From a virus: a stretch of DNA of 64,000 nucleotides. Below, in pieces: positions 51,756-62,116 of the stretch (within the stretch, counting starts at the first letter, position 1; the number at the start of each line of letters is the position of its first letter). The stretch lies in IMG/VR virus record IMGVR_UViG_3300046820_000088, positions 38,424 through 102,423 of that record; one strand, given 5' to 3'. The translations under genes were made by a program, and so were the position numbers. Under the pieces are notes generated by a model. That model was not told the DNA's origin and did no database searches. It worked only from the letters and a program-made list of their open reading frames with translations.

Positions 51756-53996
51756 TTAACTAATAAACCCTGTACTTGGCGTCCATGCACCGTCTACAAA
51801 CACAGCAGTTGCTAATGCAGGTGTCATTAATCCTGCAGAGTTATATCTGGTTTTATCAAAAGGATTCCAATCGGCAGTAGTTGATACACTGACTACTCCT
51901 GTAGTCCCGTTTATCTTTCTGCCGTCAGATAGTCTTACCACTATCAAATCTACATCAGCACTTGACTGTGGAACAAAATGCATAATCTGTCCTTCAACTC
52001 CGTCTGCTAAAGAGAAGTTGCCTGAAGCTAACTTTTGAATAGATTTTGTTAGATCCAGTGCTGTGAATGTTTGTGTTATTGCAGTTACAGTTACAGTTAG
52101 GTCGTGTGTTGGAGTTAGACCGCCCAATGCTGTTCCTAGTACTGTAATGTTTTGAGATACTGAGAAGCCTGAACCACCGTTAATGATCGACGAACTAATG
52201 TTTCCAGATCCGTCAACAGTAAACTGCACACTGGCATTTGTTGTACCACCAGTTAGATCTAGAACATAGACACCTTCGTCCCAGTTAACGTTAGCTGTGG
52301 GGTTTAATGAGATAGTGGATATTACACCACTTGCTCCGCCTGTCTTCGAAACAAATGATCGAACATTTGGATCCACCCAACTTGCAGTTCCTAAACCATT
52401 AGTTGCTAACACAGCATTAGCACTTCCATCTGTAGCAGGTAGACTAAATCCAGGGGTACTTAGAGTTCCGTTGGCATTGAATGTCCACTCATAACCAGTA
52501 CCTTGTGCATCAGCAACGATACTAACAATACCTTCTGCTTCTAGATTAACATCAGTAATACCACGTACTTCGAAGTTACTATCTGCTGAATCGAGTATAG
52601 CACCGCCGGGAAGTGTTAAAAGTCCAGTAGGACCAAACACCCATCCATGAACAGTTCCGCTAAAATTACCAGCTGAGATCTTTACACCTTCGAGTGCATC
52701 ACCGTCAGTATTAAATCCAATAGTTGCTAGTTTAAGACCACTAGTAGACGACCATCCTAAAAGTGCATGAGAATTATCACCCGGAGTTAGTATGTGAATT
52801 GATTCATTAGCAGCTTGAATCATCATGGTTCCGAGACTTGGGCTATAATCACTTAACAGAGCAACTTTTAAACCAGTAGGAGTATCCAATGCACCGTTAT
52901 CACCAAACTGCCATTCATAACCTGTACCTTGTGAATCTGAGATTAAGCTGATAATACTTTCTGCTTCAAAGTTAACATTGGTAACACCACGCACTTCAAA
53001 ATTGCTGTCCGAAGAATCTAAGATAGCTCCACCAACCATTGATATTGTTTCTGCAAGAGGCCCAACGATTTGTCCACCAGTAGCGTCGACTAGCATTGAT
53101 GAGTTGTCTGCAAAAATAGAACCAACGATATCTACATGATTGTCGAATCCTATTGTGACAGTATCAGAACTAGCGTCTGTTGCTAGGGTGATAGCACCTG
53201 TTCTTGCGATGTTTAGTGTATCGGAGTTATTATCTGCTCTGATTGAAGGTTGACCAGATACTGATACATATTCAAAACTTCTAATAGTTGATGCAGGAGA
53301 ACCATTGGTAACTGTAACGACTCCTGTAGATACGTCAACAATCATTCCGTTGCCAGCTTCTAATCTCGTAACACCTGAGTTAGTTAGTGTTACTGCGCCT
53401 ACGCCTGCGTTTATTCCGATACCATTTCCAGCGGTTAAGGAAGTTACACCTGCATTGGTAATAGTAACGTTTCCAGTACCTACACCACTAACAGCAATAC
53501 CTGTCCCTGCAATGTTTCTCAAGACACCTGTATTAGAAATACTTAATGTATCGGTTGCATCATTGGTAGTGATTTCCACCCCAGATCCTGCGGAAAAGTT
53601 TAATGTGTCAGTTCCCTCATCAGCTTCGATTGTAGTTTGTCCTGCAACTGCAACAAATTTGAAGTAGTTCTCGTCTACCCTGAGTCCGTCAATAGTTGAA
53701 CCGGCTGGAAGATTAATAGTTGAACCAGTGGATGTAATCTGGGCGTTGCCTACATACAATGAGTTACCGCTCAGATAAAGATCTTTCCATCTTTTGGTAG
53801 GAGATCCTAAATCGTATACTTCACTGTTTCTAGGGATAAGACTAGTACCCAGAGTTGTAAAGTCTACAACAGCACCCCCGCTTCCTTCTACAGTAGAGTA
53901 AAGTTCTGTAAAGTTATCATTTATTTTTTCAAACTCTTGCTGTACCTTACTCCACACTAATGGAGGAACTCCTGGATTTATTGTTTTTTGTGTCAT
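51756..53996 (-). CDS. tail fibre-like virion protein
   Basis: KINDNFTELY, YDLGSPTKRWKDLYL, G/T-rich repeats. Confidence 0.75.
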   Translation of the reverse strand: MTQKTINPGVPPLVWSKVQQEFEKINDNFTELYSTVEGSGGAVVDFTTLGTSLIPRNSEVYDLGSPTKRWKDLYLSGNSLYVGNAQITSTGSTINLPAGSTIDGLRVDENYFKFVAVAGQTTIEADEGTDTLNFSAGSGVEITTNDATDTLSISNTGVLRNIAGTGIAVSGVGTGNVTITNAGVTSLTAGNGIGINAGVGAVTLTNSGVTRLEAGNGMIVDVSTGVVTVTNGSPASTIRSFEYVSVSGQPSIRADNNSDTLNIARTGAITLATDASSDTVTIGFDNHVDIVGSIFADNSSMLVDATGGQIVGPLAETISMVGGAILDSSDSNFEVRGVTNVNFEAESIISLISDSQGTGYEWQFGDNGALDTPTGLKVALLSDYSPSLGTMMIQAANESIHILTPGDNSHALLGWSSTSGLKLATIGFNTDGDALEGVKISAGNFSGTVHGWVFGPTGLLTLPGGAILDSADSNFEVRGITDVNLEAEGIVSIVADAQGTGYEWTFNANGTLSTPGFSLPATDGSANAVLATNGLGTASWVDPNVRSFVSKTGGASGVISTISLNPTANVNWDEGVYVLDLTGGTTNASVQFTVDGSGNISSSIINGGSGFSVSQNITVLGTALGGLTPTHDLTVTVTAITQTFTALDLTKSIQKLASGNFSLADGVEGQIMHFVPQSSADVDLIVVRLSDGRKINGTTGVVSVSTTADWNPFDKTRYNSAGLMTPALATAVFVDGAWTPSTGFIS
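52452..53033 (-). repeat. internal ~52-aa duplication (about 52878-53033 and 52452-52607)
   Basis: GGAILDSSDSNFEVRGVTNV...QGTGYEW vs GGAILDSADSNFEVRGITDV...QGTGYEW. Confidence 0.8.
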
Positions 53997-56900
53997 TATG
54001 CTCTTCCTACGGCAACTTCGATTGTGCCAATATGATCTGAATCAAAGTTTGATAAAGATTTACCTATGATAGTTCCTGCTTTAACATCTCCTTTGGCAGC
54101 AACAGCTACACCAGGAATATTGGAAGTTACCAACAGATCTCCCTTACTAACTTTTCCTACTACCTTACAAGGTACTCGACCCTGTAAAGCAATACATGCT
54201 CTAGTTCCTTCGCAGCCGCTGTTCATAACATATGCAGGATCTGTAGTAACAACACCTGCTACTCTTGAATCACCATATGTATTTCCTGTTGTAACTTCTT
54301 CAGAACCACCAAATACCAACACGGTACCTGGTGCATAGTCCTTGTCTGCCTTGTAGTACTCTGCCAAGTCGGCATAAGTTGCTTGCAATCTACTACCAGC
54401 TGATAGACCCCAGTTTCCTGTAATAGTTCCCGCTGTACTAGTACCACCAGTAGTCAGTGCAGTAACTTGAATACTTGATGCTGTGATAGGAGAATAACCA
54501 ACGCCGTTCTGCGGACGGAAGATATGTCCTTCGTTATCATAATAGTTACGTTTGTCTGATGATAGACTTCCGTCGCCTAGTAAGATAGCTGCCTGCCCGG
54601 AATAACCGTAAAGCTGCATAACACCACCACCACCGGAGGTTGTTGTATCTGCAAATAGTTTAGTATCTAGTTTAAACTGCTCACCGGTAATAACACGACC
54701 TGCAAAGTCGCCGTTGCTGTCTCTCTTGACTAGCGTACTGACAGTGTTAGTTGAAGATTCTTCAACCATTTCATAACTGTCGCCAATACCGTTTCCGGTA
54801 TCACCTGCAGATGTCAACGAGTTCTTTCTGCGTAGATAACCTGTTGTAGTATAGTTGGACTTCTTGATTGCAAGACCTTCGTTAACAACAGTTGCAAACG
54901 TTACACTAGTTACGTTAGCTGTACTAGCAGATGAGTTACCTAATACAGTATCTGCACCTAGTTGAGGCAATGCACTTAGTGGAGTTCCATTATCTTTTAA
55001 TGTTACCCAACCGTTAGTAACTGTAAACTCTGCACTGTCAAAACTTGCTAGTCCTCTGTCAGCTTGTGTAATACCGGTAGCATTTGCTCTAGTACTTGCT
55101 GCTGTCATGTTTAGCTTACTTTGAGCAATTGCAGCAGCGGAGTTAATATCTGCATCAATAATTGTGTTTGGAACAATCTGAGCATCTATTGTATGCGCTG
55201 TACTGTCAATGCTTAGACTAATATCACCTACTACTGTAGAGTTTTGAATATTGTTACCGGCACCGGTAAATGTTACCAAGTCTGCAGATTGTATGTTTCC
55301 AAAATCTGAATCTTGGAAGTTAGCCCATGTTAAACTTCTTAGGTTTACTGCATCCTGTGCATCGACTGGATCACTTACATTTATAACTCTATTGTTATCT
55401 AGGTTCAACGCTCCCTTCATAGCCAGTTGACCATCAAGGGCCATGTAGCCGCCTGTGATTGAAGGTATTAAACTTTCTGCCGGAACAATAGAACCAGTAT
55501 GACTTAGGCCCAACCTACGTTCGATATAGGTTCTTGCTGCATTTTCTGTTGGTACTGTATCTGTTGCGTTGTCAGAGAATGCAGAGTCTGTTGAGAACTC
55601 AGCAATCGGAACACCACGTTTGAAACCAATACCGTCTAGGTTACTTAAGGCAATAGCTGCGGAGAATGTTACTCGACCAGTACCTTGGTCAACACGGAAA
55701 TATGGACCAACGTTGAAGTTACCAAACTGGTCAGTAGTTACATAGAAGCATCGTCCTACTCCGCGTTCTTCGGTTTCGGCAGCAGCATTAAGCGCATTGA
55801 CCGCGGCACCGTAGATTTCGTTCGGATAGTTGGTATCGGCATAAGAACCAGTACCGATTTCTAGCAAGTCATGGCCTGTAACACGAGTTAAAGAAATACG
55901 AATTGTAAGAGTTCCTGGCTCGTCTTTAGGTACCGCTGATTTTAAAGTTGGCATAGAGTTGTATAGCACAACACTGTCTACTAACGCAGGATTAAGCGTT
56001 AGCATTGAATACGGTTGTCCAGTTACAGATTCGTTATCATATGCAACAACTTCATATTCCTCACCAATCCAAACTAACTTACTTCCTAAGATCCTTGCCT
56101 CTTCGTCGGGCCCAACAGGAACCACAGCAAACTGATTGTCTCCAGCATTTCCAATAACCTTACCTATAGTATGAACTCCGCTTTGTGTTCCTGTAGTCTC
56201 AATAGGCGACCCGCCGACTGATGCTGTAACCCTAAATGTGCTACCGGATAGAATTGCCTCAACAAAATACATTCTGGTAACAGTTAATCCAGAAGGCAGA
56301 CTTCCAGTAGTCTCGAATCTGACAACATCATTAACACTTAACCCGTGACTTGCTTTGGTAACAACAGCAGGGTTGGCAATAGAAATAGTACAGGTACCTG
56401 AAGATTCGTATGGCTGAGTTGGCCATACTGTTAGATCTACATAATTGTAGTTTTCTCTTAGTGTTGTTCTTGCTAATCCTTCTACAGTGTATGAATGAAC
56501 TCCACTCTGTGAACCAGAAGTTGCAATAGCAAGCCCGCCCTTAGTAGATCCTATTTGGAAACTATTTTCAGTCCAGTTGTCTGCCAATACATAATAAATG
56601 TCAGAAGTACTTACCCCCGTAGGCAAGCTACCGGTAGTTGCAAATGAGATTTGATACCCTGGTTGAAGTCCGTGTCCTACTTTGGATACCACCGCCGGAT
56701 CAGCAATACTGATGGTAAATGTTCTAGCACCTTCTGGGTCGTTATATGCTTCAAACTGTAGAATACGATAAACGTCCGGACTTTCTCTTAAGACCAAACC
56801 AGTTGATGGTCTTGTAGCAACTTCAACAACATCACCGGTTAAGACTGTTTGAGAATTTTGTCTGATTGTTAGTTTAGTACCGTCAGGTATCACATCAAAC

Positions 56901-59900
56901 AATCCATCAACGCCGGCACCTTCAGATGCTGACAAGTTTAGTTTAGCAACACCAGCAGGTAGATCGTCAGTGCTTACAGATGTGATAGGATATCTATAGA
57001 TTGCATATCCGTGATCGACTTCGAGTTCTCCGTTGTTTAATGGAGCATAGGTATAGTTGGTTACATAAAGTTGTAGTCCGCCGGCAACGTTGGTATATGT
57101 ACCACCATCGTTATAACATTCGGCACCCTGCGCTAGATCGTAGTATAGTGTAACAGGAGTTGGAATCTCTAACGGGTCAGCTCCCTCGGCAACTAGAGCA
57201 TAAACACCGTGTGCTGATGAGCTAGCAACAGAACGAATCTGTCCGCCGTTTAACGAATACATTGAAATATAGCAGTAGTATGAGAACATACTAACAGCTT
57301 CGCATAATCCGCCGTTTGTAACAATAACACCATAACCCATGTCGTTAATCTGTGTGTAGTCGTTACCTAACATAGATCTGTTACCAGGCATCAATACTTC
57401 ATATATGTTGGCATTGTCTTCAACAAATGCAATAGTTCCAGATTGTATTGCAGACTTCTCAGTGTCAAGAATATCTTTAGCAGACTTCAGTGTTGCTGAA
57501 TATGCATAAGCATCAAGATCTGGATATACTGCTGTAGGAATAGACCCAGTGCCTCCAGTAATAACACTGGAAATCACAGTCATCAAATTGCTAATAATTG
57601 TGGCTTCAGCGGAACTGGCTGCTGTACCTGTTACTCTAGGAGTTGAACTGTAAGTAGATGCTGGTGCAAGATTTTGCACAACACGTTGCGCTAGATAACT
57701 GGCATAGTTTACCGCAGCAGCAGTTTCTTCTTCCTGACCAGCGGCGAGTTGTAGTTCTTCGGCAGATCCTACACCATCATAGTATTTTAATGCAGCGTCT
57801 CTAGTTTGACTGTTACCACCGTATAACAAGTCGTAGATTACGGCTTCGATAATGTAACCAACATCGCGAGCACATCTTACAGAGTCGTATGTAAACAGTG
57901 TAGAAAATGGAGCAATATTTCCAGCAATCTGTGCGTTCATCCAGCCAATAGTCTCATCTTTAATAAATGCGATATTACTGAATAATAAAGACTTAGCATT
58001 AGCTACGTTTGTAGAAACTCCAGTAGGGTTTGTAAATGTTAACGAAGGAGCAAAGGTTGCTCCATTCTGAACAACGTTAGCAATACTGGTCTTGCTAGTT
58101 TGAACAACTAACTGTGCAGAACTGTAACCGTCCAACAATCCGCTGGCAATGTCGTGTGCTTCTTCGATAGCAGCAACAGTTAAGGTCAACTGATCGTTAA
58201 TAACTACCGCAGCATTGGCCTGTCTATAGGTCAATCCTGCTTTGCGGGCATTGTAGTTTGTGCCCAACACCATGTCGTATCCTAGACCGTCGATAATGTA
58301 ACCTACGTCTCTAGAACAGATATCTGGATCATATGTAAACAGATCAAAAGTCCAAGGTGTTGTCTCGTCTAGAATAAACGATGCTGTCGATCCTGAGGTA
58401 TTAAATGTCCAATCTCTAATGTAGTTAATACGATAGATGTTGTCATTAACAATAAAGCTACATGGTACGTTAGGCATTCTCTTTAGGCCGCCAACACGTA
58501 GGAATGTATTTGAATCTTTACTTAGGATTTCAAACTTTAAGTTACCGGTAAAACCGTCAATGAACTGACCACCGGCAAACGTGTGAACACCTGTACTCTT
58601 AGTAAAGCTCGCACACTCTTGAGCATACGGAGATTTAGCAAGGATTTGGCCTTCTGGGTCAAGTACCATACCAAAACCACCATGGCCTTGGAAAGTTAGT
58701 GCTTGGAAACGAACAGCATCGTTACACAAGAACATGTCCATCTGATCGTTATCTTTTGGATAGTTAACGCTACCGGAGCCATCAATTACATCAATCAGCG
58801 CATCAATCAATGCACCAACAACACCTCTTGGTTCTGTTACAGTACCGCCACTTGCATAAACTCCGAAGTCGCTACTGTCGATTTGATCAGATCTATCAGC
58901 TAGTTCATGAATAGTAAACGATGTTGATGTTAGTACTGTAACATAATAGTCGTTACCATTTATTTCAGTAGTACCATTTATACCGCCGATAACAACTTGA
59001 TCGCCGTTTGATAATCCATGGTCTGTAGATGTTGTAACAACAATAGGATCAGCATTTGATACATTAGTAATATTGATACTGGTTCCAACAGCTCCTACTT
59101 CGGCAATATATGCACCGTCAACAATCTGTGGAAGTATACCGCCGTACAGTTCTGTTACTTGAATATTCTTGATGACTAGCTGTGCTAGAGTATTGATTCT
59201 TCTTATAGCAGCAGTTGTTTCGGAAAGCTGAGTTGTAATGGCTAGTCGTCCGCTAGCATTACCGTAATACTTTAAACCTGCTGATACAGTTCTATTGCTT
59301 CCACCCCACTTTAAGTCGAAGATCATAGAATCTAAAATCAATCCTACATCTCTTTCGCATAGTGAAGAATCGTATTGGAAAGCACTAGTATATGGAGCAA
59401 TGTTATTTGCAATCTGATGATTGATCCAACCAATGACCTGTTGTTGAATGAACTGTCTGTTCAATCTTAACAGTTCGGCAGCAGATCTGTAATATCCCTT
59501 GTTGTTTACTAATGGATATACAGGTGCAGTTGAATCGGTCAGATAATGATAACCGTAGAGTTGAGTTGCAACAGTTAAACCGTTGATTTCTGGTTCTCTT
59601 CTGAAATAGGTAAACGCCCAAGGGCTTGAACTTACGCCCGGCTTTGGACGAATAATACAGCGTCTAAACTCGTTACCAACAATAGAAACGTTTTGTGGCA
59701 CACGTAGCGGTAAGTTTTCTTCATAGATACCACTTTCTACAAGAATTGTTATCTGGGTAGTCTTTGTAAAGTCACCATAAGAGATTGTTTCTCCTAGTTC
59801 AAATGTCCCGTATAAAATGTCAACGTCAAATATTTCATTGCCTAGACTGTCTAGTTCGCCGGAGTGAGATAAGATTTGTGCAAGAGCTCCGGAATTTTCA

Positions 59901-61384
59901 CCTCGAAGATATAGACCTTCTCTAATATCTCTTCCTCTGATAGCAGTAGGAGTTCCTGTAGTTACATCGCCTGTAAAGTCTGTTCTGTAACCGTCCGTTT
60001 TGATCAAGAAGCGAGGCAAGTTAACAACAACGTTTGGAAGATTAGTAAAGCCACTACCACCGTCGGTGATTGTAATACTTTGAATAACACCTCCGATAAC
60101 GTCAGCAGTACCGAACGCACCACTACCGCCTCCTCCTTCGATACGTACAGACACCAGTCCATACCCGCTACCGCCATCTAATACCTGTGCATTGTTTACT
60201 CTGTAGGTAACATTAAATGTAGCACCTGCCCCAAAGTCGCTATCAGATACAGTTGCAACAGATGCACTGCCGGGTAAGGCCGTATAAACACCAGAACTTA
60301 GTTGCCTAAAGGAAATAACAGGACCCTTAGAAGTCCCCGGTAATGCACCAACGGACAGAACTTCGTATCTAGCAGGCTCGCTAAATGTTCCACCGCTTAG
60401 TGTAATGATGTCACCGACACTGTAGTTTGTACCAGGAGCAGAAAGACTGATAGTATTAACACTCATCAATACCTGACCGCTAAATCCTGCACCGGAACTC
60501 GGAGCAACATCGATATCTTGTAGTTCGCAGAAACCAACTCCGTTGTTGTAGGTTAATACCTTTTTATATGGTCCTATTTCTTTTCTTGATTCTAAAACAA
60601 TCTCTTCAGCTCTTTTTAGAGCAGCTTCCAACGATCTGTAAGCATAGGCCAATGCTCGACCTTGTAATGCTATGCTAACACCTACTCGGTCATCTTCACC
60701 GGATGTTGCAACATATAAGTTAACTGTGCTACCGAACGCAGAGTTATCAACATATCGTTTTGTGGCGGCAATCATTCCTCCGTAGACTTCGTCGTCGTCG
60801 GGTACAGGATCTCTAGCTAAGATCAAGGGCCCGGTCATTGTACCAAATGCACTGTTAGTAGTTCCAGTTGCTGGGTCAATGGCGTTTACACCGGCTCTAG
60901 CAAGTTTAGAATCTGCGTATGCTTTGTTAACAGCTTCATGTGAATATATTGGTTCTAACGGTGCTCCGCTAGTTCCTAAATCTAAAATACGATATTGATT
61001 ACCACCGGATTTTGCACTTAGATTTCCGCCAAGTTGCGGGCTAGGATCTCCCGATATTTCGGAAAATTCTGAGTTGATTAAGATTTCATTTTCGTTAGAA
61101 GTAAAATCTAACGAAACACCTGTGCCTGCTCTAAGGTGTTTAAACTGTATTCCAGATTCTGTACTGTTAATAGTTAATACAGGAGTGGCTCCTGTTTCTG
61201 GATCATTTTGTCCAACATAAGATAGTGGAGTATCGTCTAGACCGATGAATGTTAGTTTTTCACCTAGTCCTAACGAACTGTATAACTCTCTGAAGTTATC
61301 GTTTACTTTTCTAAACGAGTCACGAATACTATCTCCGGTACCGTCATTACCAACGGTACCAATGTCTATTACTTTTCTTGCCAT
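53996..61384 (-). CDS. giant (2462 aa) tail fibre/virion structural protein
   Basis: gp9/gp10-like N-term NDGTGDSIRDSF; GGSGY repeats; three CxRDVG helical repeats; HGL beta modules; C-term ADLAEYY chaperone-like domain. Confidence 0.85.
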   Translation of the reverse strand: MARKVIDIGTVGNDGTGDSIRDSFRKVNDNFRELYSSLGLGEKLTFIGLDDTPLSYVGQNDPETGATPVLTINSTESGIQFKHLRAGTGVSLDFTSNENEILINSEFSEISGDPSPQLGGNLSAKSGGNQYRILDLGTSGAPLEPIYSHEAVNKAYADSKLARAGVNAIDPATGTTNSAFGTMTGPLILARDPVPDDDEVYGGMIAATKRYVDNSAFGSTVNLYVATSGEDDRVGVSIALQGRALAYAYRSLEAALKRAEEIVLESRKEIGPYKKVLTYNNGVGFCELQDIDVAPSSGAGFSGQVLMSVNTISLSAPGTNYSVGDIITLSGGTFSEPARYEVLSVGALPGTSKGPVISFRQLSSGVYTALPGSASVATVSDSDFGAGATFNVTYRVNNAQVLDGGSGYGLVSVRIEGGGGSGAFGTADVIGGVIQSITITDGGSGFTNLPNVVVNLPRFLIKTDGYRTDFTGDVTTGTPTAIRGRDIREGLYLRGENSGALAQILSHSGELDSLGNEIFDVDILYGTFELGETISYGDFTKTTQITILVESGIYEENLPLRVPQNVSIVGNEFRRCIIRPKPGVSSSPWAFTYFRREPEINGLTVATQLYGYHYLTDSTAPVYPLVNNKGYYRSAAELLRLNRQFIQQQVIGWINHQIANNIAPYTSAFQYDSSLCERDVGLILDSMIFDLKWGGSNRTVSAGLKYYGNASGRLAITTQLSETTAAIRRINTLAQLVIKNIQVTELYGGILPQIVDGAYIAEVGAVGTSINITNVSNADPIVVTTSTDHGLSNGDQVVIGGINGTTEINGNDYYVTVLTSTSFTIHELADRSDQIDSSDFGVYASGGTVTEPRGVVGALIDALIDVIDGSGSVNYPKDNDQMDMFLCNDAVRFQALTFQGHGGFGMVLDPEGQILAKSPYAQECASFTKSTGVHTFAGGQFIDGFTGNLKFEILSKDSNTFLRVGGLKRMPNVPCSFIVNDNIYRINYIRDWTFNTSGSTASFILDETTPWTFDLFTYDPDICSRDVGYIIDGLGYDMVLGTNYNARKAGLTYRQANAAVVINDQLTLTVAAIEEAHDIASGLLDGYSSAQLVVQTSKTSIANVVQNGATFAPSLTFTNPTGVSTNVANAKSLLFSNIAFIKDETIGWMNAQIAGNIAPFSTLFTYDSVRCARDVGYIIEAVIYDLLYGGNSQTRDAALKYYDGVGSAEELQLAAGQEEETAAAVNYASYLAQRVVQNLAPASTYSSTPRVTGTAASSAEATIISNLMTVISSVITGGTGSIPTAVYPDLDAYAYSATLKSAKDILDTEKSAIQSGTIAFVEDNANIYEVLMPGNRSMLGNDYTQINDMGYGVIVTNGGLCEAVSMFSYYCYISMYSLNGGQIRSVASSSAHGVYALVAEGADPLEIPTPVTLYYDLAQGAECYNDGGTYTNVAGGLQLYVTNYTYAPLNNGELEVDHGYAIYRYPITSVSTDDLPAGVAKLNLSASEGAGVDGLFDVIPDGTKLTIRQNSQTVLTGDVVEVATRPSTGLVLRESPDVYRILQFEAYNDPEGARTFTISIADPAVVSKVGHGLQPGYQISFATTGSLPTGVSTSDIYYVLADNWTENSFQIGSTKGGLAIATSGSQSGVHSYTVEGLARTTLRENYNYVDLTVWPTQPYESSGTCTISIANPAVVTKASHGLSVNDVVRFETTGSLPSGLTVTRMYFVEAILSGSTFRVTASVGGSPIETTGTQSGVHTIGKVIGNAGDNQFAVVPVGPDEEARILGSKLVWIGEEYEVVAYDNESVTGQPYSMLTLNPALVDSVVLYNSMPTLKSAVPKDEPGTLTIRISLTRVTGHDLLEIGTGSYADTNYPNEIYGAAVNALNAAAETEERGVGRCFYVTTDQFGNFNVGPYFRVDQGTGRVTFSAAIALSNLDGIGFKRGVPIAEFSTDSAFSDNATDTVPTENAARTYIERRLGLSHTGSIVPAESLIPSITGGYMALDGQLAMKGALNLDNNRVINVSDPVDAQDAVNLRSLTWANFQDSDFGNIQSADLVTFTGAGNNIQNSTVVGDISLSIDSTAHTIDAQIVPNTIIDADINSAAAIAQSKLNMTAASTRANATGITQADRGLASFDSAEFTVTNGWVTLKDNGTPLSALPQLGADTVLGNSSASTANVTSVTFATVVNEGLAIKKSNYTTTGYLRRKNSLTSAGDTGNGIGDSYEMVEESSTNTVSTLVKRDSNGDFAGRVITGEQFKLDTKLFADTTTSGGGGVMQLYGYSGQAAILLGDGSLSSDKRNYYDNEGHIFRPQNGVGYSPITASSIQVTALTTGGTSTAGTITGNWGLSAGSRLQATYADLAEYYKADKDYAPGTVLVFGGSEEVTTGNTYGDSRVAGVVTTDPAYVMNSGCEGTRACIALQGRVPCKVVGKVSKGDLLVTSNIPGVAVAAKGDVKAGTIIGKSLSNFDSDHIGTIEVAVGRA

Positions 61385-61414
61385 AATATATCCTGGTTAA
61401 ATGGATTGCTCGAG

Positions 61415-61450
61415 TATTTACCTTAAAATTTTATAAGCCTAATGTAAATA
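61415..61450. promoter_or_regulatory. divergent late promoters (GTAAATA on each strand)
   Basis: 61415-61421 (-) and 61444-61450 (+). Confidence 0.55.
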
Positions 61451-61455
61451 AACGT

Positions 61456-61743
61456 ATGTTCTTAAAAACAGAAATAGAGCAGTCAGAGTATACCCGTACC
61501 AGCAAAAACAACTTACAGCACACTTATAAGCGTTCTAAGACGGTGGCTGTGTTTCGTTGTGACAACTGTGATGCAGAGTTTAGGCGAGAGTTAAAGAAAG
61601 TACATCGTAAGAGATTGAGCAATAACTATTTTCATGTTTGCTCAAACTGTGATGCAAAGAGATTTGCCCAACGTAAGGGTGTTGAGCGGAAGCAGATATG
61701 GGATTTACCCGCTAGTGTTACTCTTCCTGTGGGGAAGTATTAA
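61456..61743 (+). CDS. Zn-finger-like hypothetical protein
   Basis: CDNC...CSNC. Confidence 0.75.
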   Translation: MFLKTEIEQSEYTRTSKNNLQHTYKRSKTVAVFRCDNCDAEFRRELKKVHRKRLSNNYFHVCSNCDAKRFAQRKGVERKQIWDLPASVTLPVGKY

Positions 61744-61966
61744 GAAGCTTAGTTAAACTATCAATAGCGTCTTGTACCGTTTTGATCTGTTCTGTATCAG
61801 AATCAGGAATCACAACATTAAATCGGTCTTCTATTGCTAGTACGATTTCAACAGTGTCTAAACTGTCTGCACCGAGGTGTGCAAACTTTTGAACATTGTT
61901 TATTCTTTCTACTTGTGTGTATAACTTTTCTGCAATAATTTTTTTGATTTCGAACTCGATATCCAT
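61718..61966 (-). CDS. acpP: acyl carrier protein
   Basis: LGADSLDTVEIV phosphopantetheine site; IKTVQDAID. Confidence 0.85.
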   Translation of the reverse strand: MDIEFEIKKIIAEKLYTQVERINNVQKFAHLGADSLDTVEIVLAIEDRFNVVIPDSDTEQIKTVQDAIDSLTKLLNTSPQEE

Positions 61967-61983
61967 ATTTTACTCTAGGTTAA

Positions 61984-62011
61984 TGTAGGGAACCTACTGT
62001 AGGAAACCTAC
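61984..62011. repeat. tandem palindromic 14-bp repeat TGTAGG(G/A)AACCTAC x2
   Basis: Read directly in intergenic DNA. Confidence 0.75.
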
Positions 62012-62116
62012 ACTGTATGTATTCCTATAAACAGCATAGAGTTTTAAGTCTGATTTGACTCATAATATACCTATATTACTATTTCTGAGTTAAATAAATC
62101 ACAAGGAGGAATCCAC

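Noticed and set aside
53996-61384. Diversity-generating retroelement target in tail fibres
   Set aside because: No reverse transcriptase and no adenine-specific TR/VR repeat pair seen in the window
62004-62063. Tiny minus-strand ORF MSQIRLKTLCCL upstream of acp
   Set aside because: Only 12 codons with no convincing RBS; cannot be supported
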